A model generated the notes under the pieces. It did not search any database. It saw only the letters and a list, made by a program, of their open reading frames with translations, and was not told where the DNA came from. Position numbers and translations under genes: made by a program. This document shows positions 28,599 to 37,488 of a stretch of DNA of 64,000 bases, one piece after another. Source of the stretch: Candidatus Woesearchaeota archaeon (GTDB taxonomy: Archaea; Nanobdellota; Nanobdellia; SCGC-AAA011-G17; GW2011-AR18); the NCBI GenBank assembly GCA_964430545.1, contig CAYSFG010000033.1, forward strand, positions 6,394 to 70,393, read 5' to 3'. The number at the start of each line of letters is the position of its first letter. Position 1 is the stretch's first letter.

Positions 28599-28765
28599 GA
28601 AATCGTAAACTATATAAATCAATTATTCGTAATTCAATAAGATGATAATATCTTCCTTTGGGGAGAAGAGGTGAAAAATGGCAGCAAAAAAGAAAACGGC
28701 AGCAAAAAAGAAGAGGAGATAAATTCTCCTTTTTTTATTTTATTAATTTACAAATATTTTTTAAT

Positions 28766-29362
28766 TTATAAATTTATTATTATTCCTTTATCTCCAGGAT
28801 TTATAATTAATGTTTCTTTGATTTTATCATTTTTATTTTCATTCTCATGAAAATGCCCACAGAAGGTATATTCTGGTTTAAATTTTTCAATAAATTTTCT
28901 AGAAGATTTGCATCCTCTATGTTCTTCATAAAGATAATCTAATTTTGTGTTGTATATAGGTGCATGGGTTATAAATATTAAATTTTTTTTATTATTTAAA
29001 ATTTTATTTAATTTATTAATTAAGTTTTCTAGTCTTGGTTCTATTAATGAAAATCCCCCAGTTCCAAATCCAAAAAATATCCATTCTTTGTATTTATATA
29101 TTTTCTCATGCAGGTTAAAAAGATTTTTATATTTTTTACATAAATTTTCTATTTCTTGTGGTGTTTCATGGTTCCCGGGTATGATTAATGTTTTTATTTC
29201 AAAAGAATTTATTTTTTTAGCCACGTCATTTAATCCATTTCCAAATATTGAGAAATCTCCACAGCATATTATCAACTCTGGTTTTTCATTATTAACTTTT
29301 TTTTCTATTATTTTTAATGATTTATAATTACAGTGTAAATCTGTAAAAATTAGTATTTTCAT
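28766..29362 (-). CDS. Calcineurin-like metallophosphoesterase
   Basis: ILIFTDLHCN, CCGDFSIFG and IIPGNHE motif blocks. Confidence 0.75.
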   Translation of the reverse strand: MKILIFTDLHCNYKSLKIIEKKVNNEKPELIICCGDFSIFGNGLNDVAKKINSFEIKTLIIPGNHETPQEIENLCKKYKNLFNLHEKIYKYKEWIFFGFGTGGFSLIEPRLENLINKLNKILNNKKNLIFITHAPIYNTKLDYLYEEHRGCKSSRKFIEKFKPEYTFCGHFHENENKNDKIKETLIINPGDKGIIINL

Positions 29363-29450
29363 ATTAATATCATCAAATGCTTAAATTTAAATGTTGCTAG
29401 TAAAAATTAAATAAAGAAAAAGAGGTATTGGCAACACTTTTTATGTTTTA

Positions 29451-29558
29451 TTATTCATAAGCATAATAACCATACATGAAAGCGGCTTCTTCTATTGACA
29501 CTTCATCGTTTTCAAGCATAGTATCTATTTCTGTTTTAAATTTTCTTCTTAAGCTCAT
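29451..29558 (-). CDS. Small ORF (35 aa) with a strong Shine-Dalgarno sequence, hypothetical
   Basis: AGGAGG sits 8 nt upstream of ATG. Product MSLRRKFKTEIDTMLENDEVSIEEAAFMYGYYAYE. Start overlaps the stop of the upstream small ORF (ATGA). Confidence 0.25.
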   Translation of the reverse strand: MSLRRKFKTEIDTMLENDEVSIEEAAFMYGYYAYE

Positions 29559-29659
29559 TTTATCCTCCTTTTTATTTTTGGTCTTTCTAAAGGTAAATCC
29601 ATTAAACTTATACTAAATATTCTTTCTATTATTTTATGTTCTAGTTCTATTGGCAACAT
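29555..29659 (-). CDS. Small ORF (34 aa) with a strong Shine-Dalgarno sequence, hypothetical
   Basis: GGAGGAG sits 9 nt upstream of ATG. Product MLPIELEHKIIERIFSISLMDLPLERPKIKRRIK. Translationally coupled to the next small ORF. Confidence 0.25.
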   Translation of the reverse strand: MLPIELEHKIIERIFSISLMDLPLERPKIKRRIK

Positions 29660-29950
29660 TTTTTTTCTCCTCCTTTGGTCTTCTAACTAGGTATATTATT
29701 TCAAAATACCTTTAAAAAAACACTAATTTATGTTTTGTTTAATTAAAACCTAGTATTATTTATTTAGATTAATTCATTTATAAACTTTAGGCGGGCATGT
29801 GGCACGAGCTCTTTTTTGGCACGAGCATTTGATGTTACAATGTATATTTTATAGAATATAGTAAATCAACAAAGTTTTTAGATTATTTTTTCGTTGTTAA
29901 CTGACAACACATTAGTTTTCATTTAAGAATTTGTTTGGTTTGTTATATAT

Positions 29951-30760
29951 TTAGTTTAGTATACCATTGTCAATTATAGAATTTCCAAATAATCCAACAT
30001 TACTTTCTTCTTTGTATATATTTATTTGTTTTAGCAATTTAATTGAATTTCTGCATATTATTTCTATTTTTTCATTAGAAATATCACTTAAACTTTCAAT
30101 ATCTTTTAAACTTGAAAAATTTTTATATAAAAAGTCTATTGTTTTATATAATTCTTCAACCATACAATTATTACCAATTATTGAAAATGTTTTTGAAATA
30201 ATTACTTTATTTTCAATTAAAACGTCTAATGTTTTCCTATTAGGCAAATTATTATCATAAAGAATTTTTAAATTTAATCTTTCTCCTAATCCTCTAATAT
30301 TTTTTAAATATCTATTTGATAACATTTTTTCATACCATACAGGATTATATATTTTTTTAGTCTCTGCCTTTATAATTTCTATTGGTAATATTCCATATGA
30401 TATTTCTAAAAATTTATCTGGTTGTTCTCCAATTTTAAGTGAATGTACAGGCATTTTTTGTTTTATAAAATGTAATAATTCTTCATCACCTCTTTTAAAA
30501 TATTCTCTAATTCTTTCATTAACTAAAATTAAATCTTCATGTAAACTTCCTTTTGGTATTATTATTTTTTCATGTTCAAATTCTTCAACTTCTTTAATAG
30601 TTTTTATTAAAATTTCAATAATCTGTTCTTCCGAAGGTTGTGTATATCTTTTAGGCAATATTATTCCTTTAAATAATCTTTCTTCACCATCATCCATTGC
30701 TTTTATATCAGCAGTATATATTATATTTCCTAAAAATTTTTTATATTCTTTTATTTTCAT
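29951..30760 (-). CDS. Hypothetical protein (269 aa) downstream of orc1/cdc6
   Basis: ORF only. Confidence 0.35.
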   Translation of the reverse strand: MKIKEYKKFLGNIIYTADIKAMDDGEERLFKGIILPKRYTQPSEEQIIEILIKTIKEVEEFEHEKIIIPKGSLHEDLILVNERIREYFKRGDEELLHFIKQKMPVHSLKIGEQPDKFLEISYGILPIEIIKAETKKIYNPVWYEKMLSNRYLKNIRGLGERLNLKILYDNNLPNRKTLDVLIENKVIISKTFSIIGNNCMVEELYKTIDFLYKNFSSLKDIESLSDISNEKIEIICRNSIKLLKQINIYKEESNVGLFGNSIIDNGILN

Positions 30761-30799
30761 TATTTGTATTTATTAATAAACTATATTATAAAACTTTCT

Positions 30800-31873
30800 T
30801 TAATAATCATTCAATGTTTTTGTAGTATTATATTCTATTATAGTTGTTCTTCCTTCGTCAAAACCCTTGTTAATTTCTTTTAAATTTATACTATTTGCTT
30901 TTTCAAGATCTTTTAATCTTCTGTAAAATGTCCTAGTGCTTTTTTTTGTTTTATTCTCATATATTTTGTATATTTCTATTGACGTTTTTCCAGAATTATT
31001 TTTTATTATTTCTAATAGTTCCTTTTCACTATCACTTATAATATCTAATTTTTTTATTTTGAAATCATTTAGTTTTGATATTGAAATTGTTATATGTTCT
31101 TTTGTTATTTTTTTTGAGTTATTATTTTCTGCTATTTCCCCTGCTTCCTTCATTAAAAATAACCCTACTCTTATATCACCTAATTCAAATGTTTTAGTTA
31201 TAATATCATTAAATGATTCATTGTCAAATGTGTTTTGCACAAAAGTATAATCTAATCTTTGTTTTAATATTCCATATATTTCGTTTTTATTATATTGTCT
31301 GAACTCTAATGTTTCTGGCATTAATCTTGATTTTATTCTTTGATCAAGTATTGTTAAGAATTCTTTGTCATTTGTTATTAATATTATTATTTTTCTTGAT
31401 ATTTGTTCAACTAAATTATAAATTATATCTTCATCTTCTAGTTTGTCTATTTCATCTAGTACTATTACTGCTGATTTTTCATTTAATAATTCTGCTGCCT
31501 TTTCCATTAATTGTTCTATATTTTTATTATGTACCCAAGTATATTTTAGTTGTACACATATTTCTTGTACTAATTTAAATGCAGTATCTTTTATCCAGCA
31601 ATTTATATAAATACAATTTACTTCATTTGGATGTTCTTCTTTTAAACTTTCTAATACATGTTTAACTCCAAGTGTCTTACCTATCCCATGTTCTCCTACT
31701 ATTAACAAATTTCTCCCATTTCTTTTTTGTAATATTGGTTTGATACATTCTGCTATGTATTGTTGTTCATTTTCTCTATATTTTATTATTGGAGGAGTAA
31801 AGTCTATATCTAGAAATTGTGGATTTAAAAATAATGATTCATCTGCCTTTAGTATATTATCAAACATTCCCAT
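30800..31873 (-). CDS. cdc6: Orc1/Cdc6 replication initiator (AAA+ ATPase plus C-terminal winged helix)
   Basis: Walker A LLIVGEHGIGKTLGV, Walker B VIVLDEIDKL, and a C-terminal wH domain. Confidence 0.9.
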   Translation of the reverse strand: MGMFDNILKADESLFLNPQFLDIDFTPPIIKYRENEQQYIAECIKPILQKRNGRNLLIVGEHGIGKTLGVKHVLESLKEEHPNEVNCIYINCWIKDTAFKLVQEICVQLKYTWVHNKNIEQLMEKAAELLNEKSAVIVLDEIDKLEDEDIIYNLVEQISRKIIILITNDKEFLTILDQRIKSRLMPETLEFRQYNKNEIYGILKQRLDYTFVQNTFDNESFNDIITKTFELGDIRVGLFLMKEAGEIAENNNSKKITKEHITISISKLNDFKIKKLDIISDSEKELLEIIKNNSGKTSIEIYKIYENKTKKSTRTFYRRLKDLEKANSINLKEINKGFDEGRTTIIEYNTTKTLNDY

Positions 31874-31907
31874 ATATTGTTAAGAGATTCATGGCTTTTA
31901 TTATTTT

Positions 31908-32264
31908 CTATATTTCTTTAACACCATTATCAGTATATGCTATTAATCTAAAACCATATCCTAATGATAATATTGCGCTTATTATTGCCATATGTTCTTT
32001 TCCAGTTCCAGAATATAAGTTTAATCCTACTTCAGTTCCAGTTAATTTTTCATTTAATGCTTTTTTCACACTTTCTTTTTCTTGTTCTAATGATTGATTA
32101 TCATCTAATATTATTAGTTCAGCATTCATTGTGTTTTTGAAATTTTCTTTACCAAAATTATTTGTTACTATAAATATTTTTTCCCATTTTTCTGAGTTTA
32201 TTACTTGTGTTACATGTATCCATGTTCCTTTTCCTGTTGATAATGATGCTATTAAACATGTCAT
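31908..32264 (-). CDS. Hypothetical protein (118 aa)
   Basis: ORF immediately upstream of cdc6. Confidence 0.35.
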   Translation of the reverse strand: MTCLIASLSTGKGTWIHVTQVINSEKWEKIFIVTNNFGKENFKNTMNAELIILDDNQSLEQEKESVKKALNEKLTGTEVGLNLYSGTGKEHMAIISAILSLGYGFRLIAYTDNGVKEI

Positions 32265-32544
32265 TAATAAAAGAAAAATTAGTTATTTATAAAGATTTAG
32301 TTAAAGGAAGTATTTAGTCTATTGTTTAATTTAAAGGTATTAAGGATAATTATTTTTGGCAGGAACTGCATTTTAATATTTTATTAAGTGAACAATTTTT
32401 ATCATAATTACATCTTTTAAAAAAGTTATCTGCATTATATTTTAAAGTTACCTTCATTTTATAATACCAATAAGGTGTAATATAAAATATTTAATAATGA
32501 AGCAGGATTAAAATAATTAATATATCAGATTTTTTCATCTCTAA

Positions 32545-33489
32545 TTATTTATTTTCCTCATCTTCAAGTTCCTTAAGTAATTTTTTCTTAATCTTATCTT
32601 TTAAATCAAGTTCTTTTAATAATTCTTTATATCTGTTTCTTATTGTTACTTCTGTTACTCCAGCTACATCTGCTACTTCTCTTTGTGTTCTTTTTTCATT
32701 ATTCATTAATGCGGCTACGTATAATGATGCAGCAGCTATTCCAGTTGGACCTCTTCCAGATGTTAGTTCAGCGTCTCTTGCTTTATTTAAGATATCAACA
32801 GCTTTAGATTGAGTTTCAGCTGATAATTTTAAAGCACTTACAAATCTCGGTAAATAATCTACTGGATTGCTTGGTAATATTCTTATTCCTAATTCTCTTG
32901 TTATAAATCTATAAGTTCTTCCTACTTCTTTTTTGTCTATTCCTGAAGCTTCTGATATTTCATCTAGTGTTCTTGGAACTTCATGTCTTCTGCATGATGC
33001 ATATAACGAACCTGCTACAACACTTTCCATACTTCTTCCTCTTACTAACCCTCTTTGTACGGCCATTGTATATATTCTAGCTGCTTCTTCTTCTACTGAT
33101 TTTGGTAGTTTTAAATATGAACTCACTCTTTTTAATTCTTGTAATGCTAATTTTAAATTTCTTTCAATTGCTGTTGAAATTCTATGTTGCCATTTTCTTA
33201 ATCTAAAAAATTTATTTTTTCCCTTAGCATTTAATTGGTAAATATCTCCTTTTTGTCCTATATCTGTTCCTAATCCACGATCGAATTTTGTCCAACTCAT
33301 AGGGGCACCTGTTCTTCTTCTTTTAGAAGCTTGATCGTCGTTAAATTCCCTCCATTCTTGTCCAAAGTCTATCATTTTTTCTTCTATAACTAGACCACAA
33401 TCTCTACAAATTGCTTCTCCTCTATCTTTTTGTATTAGAAGATTTTTCCCACCACATTCTGGACATTTTCTAGCTACTTCTGTTGGCAT
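32545..33489 (-). CDS. tfb: Transcription initiation factor IIB (TFB)
   Basis: N-terminal zinc ribbon CPECGG...CRDCG and two cyclin-fold repeats. Confidence 0.95.
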   Translation of the reverse strand: MPTEVARKCPECGGKNLLIQKDRGEAICRDCGLVIEEKMIDFGQEWREFNDDQASKRRRTGAPMSWTKFDRGLGTDIGQKGDIYQLNAKGKNKFFRLRKWQHRISTAIERNLKLALQELKRVSSYLKLPKSVEEEAARIYTMAVQRGLVRGRSMESVVAGSLYASCRRHEVPRTLDEISEASGIDKKEVGRTYRFITRELGIRILPSNPVDYLPRFVSALKLSAETQSKAVDILNKARDAELTSGRGPTGIAAASLYVAALMNNEKRTQREVADVAGVTEVTIRNRYKELLKELDLKDKIKKKLLKELEDEENK

Positions 33490-33781
33490 TTTTTAAATTT
33501 CCCCCTAATATATTACCCCTTAATAGTTTCACAAAAAACTTTATATATAAATTGTATTCCTACTATATAAAGCTTGTGTATAATATAAAATATATTTTAT
33601 AGGATATATATATTATCCTCGACGATTTAAATATTTTGAATAAAATTCATTATTAGGATATTTTAATTTATTTAGTTTAAAACTCATTTTTTTACACTTA
33701 ATTTATAATTTTATATGTAATTTAGTTTAGTCAAAAATACAATAGAAAAATATTTTAATTATTTTATTATAAAAATTATTA

Positions 33782-34162
33782 CTAGGAAATTAATATTGCA
33801 TTAAGAGTTTTTATTTGTCCAGGTCTTGATGTTACCTTGGCTTTTCCTAATTTAGTATTTATTATTGCACCTTTTGTTATTATATTTCTTCTTATGAACT
33901 GTCTGTTTGCAGAATTATCTTCAACATTTGTTATTTCTGTAATTTGATATTTTTTAGTTTTAGGATTTAAAACATTTGCTTTATTAGTTGATAATAATGT
34001 AAATTTTAAACTTCCACTTTTTTCTCTTTTAATTTTTATTCTTTCTACTCCCACTTTTGTTAATGTAGGATCATATCCATTGTTAAATAATCTTTTCTTT
34101 CTATACTTCCTATATAATCCACCAGATACTTTTCTTCTTGATCTTTCTTGTGATTTTGCCAT
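33782..34162 (-). CDS. rps8e: 30S ribosomal protein S8e
   Basis: SRRKVSGGLYRKYRKKR...LSTNKANV matches S8e. Confidence 0.85.
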   Translation of the reverse strand: MAKSQERSRRKVSGGLYRKYRKKRLFNNGYDPTLTKVGVERIKIKREKSGSLKFTLLSTNKANVLNPKTKKYQITEITNVEDNSANRQFIRRNIITKGAIINTKLGKAKVTSRPGQIKTLNAILIS

Positions 34163-34259
34163 AAGAATTCTGAATTGAGAACTAATTAATAAAGCTTACT
34201 AACAATTATAACAAATAAAATACAGATAACTTTATATATAATTGACTTTTTGAAATTAT

Positions 34260-34481
34260 ATGGAACTAAGACCTTTAGATACATTGAATGAATCAAGAAA
34301 CAAAAACGTTATTGTAGAATTAAAAAATAATAAACAATTAATTGGAAAATTAAAATCATTTGATATTCATATTAATACTGTTTTAGAGCAATGTGAAGAA
34401 AAAGTTGATGGTGAAGTTAAAAGAAAATTAGGCACTGTTTTTATTAGAGGGGATACAATAGTATTTATTTCCACTTCATGA
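34260..34481 (+). CDS. Sm-like archaeal protein (LSm)
   Basis: Sm1 VIVELKNNKQLIGKLKSFDIHINTVL and Sm2 FIRGDTIVFI. Confidence 0.8.
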   Translation: MELRPLDTLNESRNKNVIVELKNNKQLIGKLKSFDIHINTVLEQCEEKVDGEVKRKLGTVFIRGDTIVFISTS

Positions 34482-34498
34482 GTTTCTAGGAATTTAAA

Positions 34499-34714
34499 AT
34501 GACTAAAGGTACTGCATCAATGGGCCTTAAAGGCAAGAGAAGTGGTTTAGTGCAGAGATGTAGGCGTTGTGGAAAAAGAAGTTATCATGTTCGTAATAAA
34601 AAATGTGCATCATGTGGTTATGGTGATACGGCTAAATTAAGGCGTTATGCTTGGCAGACTAAAAGACATGGTAAAACAATCAGAAGAAAAAGAGATAATT
34701 CTTTGGCATATTAA
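34499..34714 (+). CDS. rpl37e: 50S ribosomal protein L37e
   Basis: MTKGTASMG...[22 protein letters not shown] zinc ribbon. Confidence 0.9.
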   Translation: MTKGTASMGLKGKRSGLVQRCRRCGKRSYHVRNKKCASCGYGDTAKLRRYAWQTKRHGKTIRRKRDNSLAY

Positions 34715-34807
34715 TTACTTATTGTATTTATAAATTTATTAAATTTTAAAAAATCCTTCCATTTTTTCTAATAAACCGTTATAAAGAATAAAAATAATAA
34801 ATCATCT

Positions 34808-35527
34808 ATGCAAATAAAAAATAATTTTATTCAGTTTAGATTAGTCAAGGAAGATAAAGAATATATTTATATTAAAGGAACTAGTGGTCCTGCTAAAGAA
34901 GTTAGAATATCCAAACATTTAACACCCGAACTTTATTTTTTAGCAGGAATAATTCTTGGCGATGGACATTTAGACAAAGATATAAAAAGAATTACATTAG
35001 AATTAACTGACAGAGAAAAATTAGAAAAGATTGCTACAATTTTTGAATTAGTATTTTCTTATACAAAAATAAAAATTGCAATTAGAACTGATAAAAGGGA
35101 AAATAGAAAAATAAGATTTTATTTTAATATAAATAATTCGCCAATATACCATTTATTCAACACTATCTTTGGAATACCTAAAGGAAAGAAAAGTGATATA
35201 ATAAAAGTGTCAAAATTTATTAAACAATCAAATTTAAAATTCAGAAAATATTTTCTTCTTGGAGTTTTTATAACAGACGGGGGGCGAAGACAAGGGGGTT
35301 TTGGTTTATCTACAGCTAGCAAAATATTTAGAGAAGATATATCTGAACTACTTTTTTCAATAGGAATTATACATTCAAAAGATAGTTGGATAAACAAAAA
35401 GTATAAAAAACCTTATTATGGTCTATCTTTTAGAAAAAAACAAATATACAATATGCAGGGGTACCAAAGTGGTCAAATGGGCCAGATTCTAGATTCTTTA
35501 TATGAGAAACTAGAAGGCTTAGCTTAG
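34808..35527 (+). CDS. LAGLIDADG-family homing endonuclease-like protein; its 3' end overlaps the 5' exon of the downstream tRNA
   Basis: Two LAGLIDADG motifs, FLAGIILGDGHL and LLGVFITDGGR. The ORF continues about 73 nt into the tRNA starting at 35455, so its true C-terminus is uncertain. Confidence 0.65.
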   Translation: MQIKNNFIQFRLVKEDKEYIYIKGTSGPAKEVRISKHLTPELYFLAGIILGDGHLDKDIKRITLELTDREKLEKIATIFELVFSYTKIKIAIRTDKRENRKIRFYFNINNSPIYHLFNTIFGIPKGKKSDIIKVSKFIKQSNLKFRKYFLLGVFITDGGRRQGGFGLSTASKIFREDISELLFSIGIIHSKDSWINKKYKKPYYGLSFRKKQIYNMQGYQSGQMGQILDSLYEKLEGLA

Positions 35528-35618
35528 GAAATCCTTAGGTGTTATGGGTGATTTTACACTACGATTTTATGACACCTGGTGGCTTAGGCCTTCGCAGGTT
35601 CGAATCCTGTCCCCTGCA
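35455..35618 (+). tRNA. Class II tRNA (Leu-like) carrying an intron of about 80 nt; anticodon unresolved
   Basis: Acceptor GCAGGGG/CCCCTGC (perfect), 3-bp D stem CCA/TGG with Leu-type D loop AAGTGGTCAAA, 3' anticodon strand CCTGG, 14-nt variable arm TGGCTTAGGCCTTC, T arm GCAGG-TTCGAAT-CCTGT, discriminator A. 164 nt against an expected 85. Confidence 0.65.
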
Positions 35619-35970
35619 TTATATTTCCTTAAGTTTAGTTAAAATAATAGCATATTCTGCAGGTTTGATATAATACCCTTCTTCAATTAATTTATTTAAT
35701 AATTCAACTGCTTTTTCTTTGTTGATTATATTTTTCTTCAAGGCAAGAAAAATAACTGTTGTTGTCCTAATTGTATTTATATTATAAGATTTGGCAGCTT
35801 TTATTGCATAAGCATCATCAATAATTAGAATTTCTTTTTTATCTTTTGAAAGAGATATAGCTTTCGTTTCTCATTTACCTAAATTGATATTAAGTTTATT
35901 CTTAATTTTTTCTACTTTAATCCATCCATCTTCTATTGCTTTTTTAATTATAATATGGAGGATTGTATAT
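35619..35970 (-). pseudogene. Degraded PIN-domain nucleic-acid-binding protein gene (COG2405-like): in-frame TGA and no start codon
   Basis: Minus-strand frame reads ...KKAIEDGWIKVEKIKNKLNINLGK*ETKAISLSKDKKEILIIDDAYAIKAAKSYNINTIRTTTVIFLALKKNII... The TGA at 35871-35873 falls at the conserved Gly of the LGKGE block. No ATG at the 5' end. Confidence 0.45.
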
Positions 35971-36063
35971 TAGATTTATGCCTTAGTTGACAGCAAAAGC
36001 AATGTATTAGTAAGGTTATTAATTGCTTTTACTATATAATAAATTTGTACTTCTTAATGGTTT

Positions 36064-37488
36064 TCATACAAATATATTTTGATCATTACAATCCCAACCT
36101 AAATTTTTCATATCTTCAGAATTTTCACAAATTTGTTTTGATATTCTAGGATGATCTGGCAGTCCTATTTTACTCCAATCAAAATTTGGTGAAGGATCCC
36201 ATTTTCCACTACTAGAGATTTCATAATGCGCAATTACATTATAATCACTTATTTCTTCTAAACCATATTTACTTAATAGATAAGGCAATAAAATATTTAG
36301 AGTATCATATTGTTCTTTTGTATATTCATCATTAGACTTTGCAGTGTTTACAATTTCTATACCTATACTATCTGAATTTGCATTAGCAGCATGATAAGCT
36401 ATATATTCTTCAGGCACTAAATAATAAAGATCACCATTTTTATCTAATAAATAATGCGGAGCTAATTTTCTTTCTTTAAAAGTATTAATTGCTTGATCTA
36501 TTGTAGTTGTAGCTGTATGGTGCAATATTATTTTATTAATATTTCTATCATTATTTGGAATCCTATAACCAGCTATAATTTCTTCTAAATAATCTATATT
36601 AATATTTAATTCAATAGGAAATCCTTCTGGTATTGTTTCTATATTAATCTTTTTAACGACTTCTGATATTTTTTTAATTGCCTTTTGTTTAAATAATGTT
36701 CTTAATGTATCAATATCTACATTACCATAACCATCAATACCTTTTATTTTTATTTGTCCATTTTCTTGATAGAATTTTATTTTAATTTCTTTATGTATTG
36801 TTATATCATCAAGAGAATTAATAGAACCAAAAATTGTTGATAAACCTTCATCTAAATTTTTATTTTCTAAAGTATTTATAATTGCATTTATAATCCCACT
36901 TTTAGGTTGCTCTTCACCAGGTTTTTTTATTGGAATATAATCATCTGGGTTGCAATTATTATAAAAGAAAGTTGTTGGTTTGCAAAGTTGCCATTTATTA
37001 TTTTTAAACATTAACCATATATTAGAATTACTATCTATTCCTTTTCTGTCTAATTCTATAGGCCAACTTTCATAATTTTTAGGTTTATTTATACTAGTTT
37101 CAGGTGAGGCAGTATTTATTGAAGATCCATCTACTTCTTTTGGTATGAATTTTTTACTTTCTATTTTTCTATCTTTTAATTCACTTGGATTTTTTTTAAC
37201 ATAAATTTGTATACTTTCTACTTGTCTTCTTAATTCTGCTATATTTTTATATCCTAAAGCCCAATTATATAATGCTTGTGATGGTATTGCTGGATCAGCT
37301 GATTCTTTTACTAAATTTTCATATCCCTTTTCTTTTGGTATTGCCGGAACTCTTAAAATATTATAATCATTTATTAATTTACCAACAGAAATATCATTGT
37401 TTATTATTTGATTAAATTCTTGTGCATTTATTATATTTATAACTAATAACGTCATTACAATTATTATTAACACGATTTTTTTATTCAT
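36064..37488 (-). CDS. Secreted N-acetylmuramoyl-L-alanine amidase (Amidase_2/PGRP domain) with Sec signal peptide and a large N-terminal region
   Basis: Signal MNKKIVLIIIVMTLLVINIINAQE. C-terminal KIILHHTATTTIDQAINTFKERKLAPHYLLDKNGDLYYLVPEEYIAYHAANANSDSIGIEIVN matches the Amidase_2 zinc-amidase blocks. Confidence 0.8.
   Translation of the reverse strand: MNKKIVLIIIVMTLLVINIINAQEFNQIINNDISVGKLINDYNILRVPAIPKEKGYENLVKESADPAIPSQALYNWALGYKNIAELRRQVESIQIYVKKNPSELKDRKIESKKFIPKEVDGSSINTASPETSINKPKNYESWPIELDRKGIDSNSNIWLMFKNNKWQLCKPTTFFYNNCNPDDYIPIKKPGEEQPKSGIINAIINTLENKNLDEGLSTIFGSINSLDDITIHKEIKIKFYQENGQIKIKGIDGYGNVDIDTLRTLFKQKAIKKISEVVKKINIETIPEGFPIELNINIDYLEEIIAGYRIPNNDRNINKIILHHTATTTIDQAINTFKERKLAPHYLLDKNGDLYYLVPEEYIAYHAANANSDSIGIEIVNTAKSNDEYTKEQYDTLNILLPYLLSKYGLEEISDYNVIAHYEISSSGKWDPSPNFDWSKIGLPDHPRISKQICENSEDMKNLGWDCNDQNIFV

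Noticed and set aside
28620-28702. Tiny ORF MAAKKKTAAKKKRR with an internal 12-nt repeat
   Set aside because: 14 codons of a poly-Lys/Ala repeat downstream of tatD. More likely a simple-sequence repeat than a gene.
28947-29327. Plus-strand ORF in the metallophosphoesterase gene
   Set aside because: Antisense.
29967-31578. Plus-strand ORFs at 29967-30260, 30936-31250 and 31309-31578
   Set aside because: Antisense to the hypothetical gene and orc1/cdc6.
31819-32097. Plus-strand ORF spanning the cdc6 start and the upstream gene
   Set aside because: Antisense across two minus-strand genes.
31874-32544. Search for ORB-type origin repeats immediately around orc1/cdc6
   Set aside because: No repeated 20-30-nt elements or inverted ORB pairs could be seen by eye in the short spacers flanking cdc6. 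An origin cannot be called from this window.
32933-33241. Plus-strand ORF inside tfb
   Set aside because: Antisense to TFB.
35119-35397. Minus-strand ORF inside the LAGLIDADG gene
   Set aside because: Antisense. The plus-strand frame carries both LAGLIDADG motifs.
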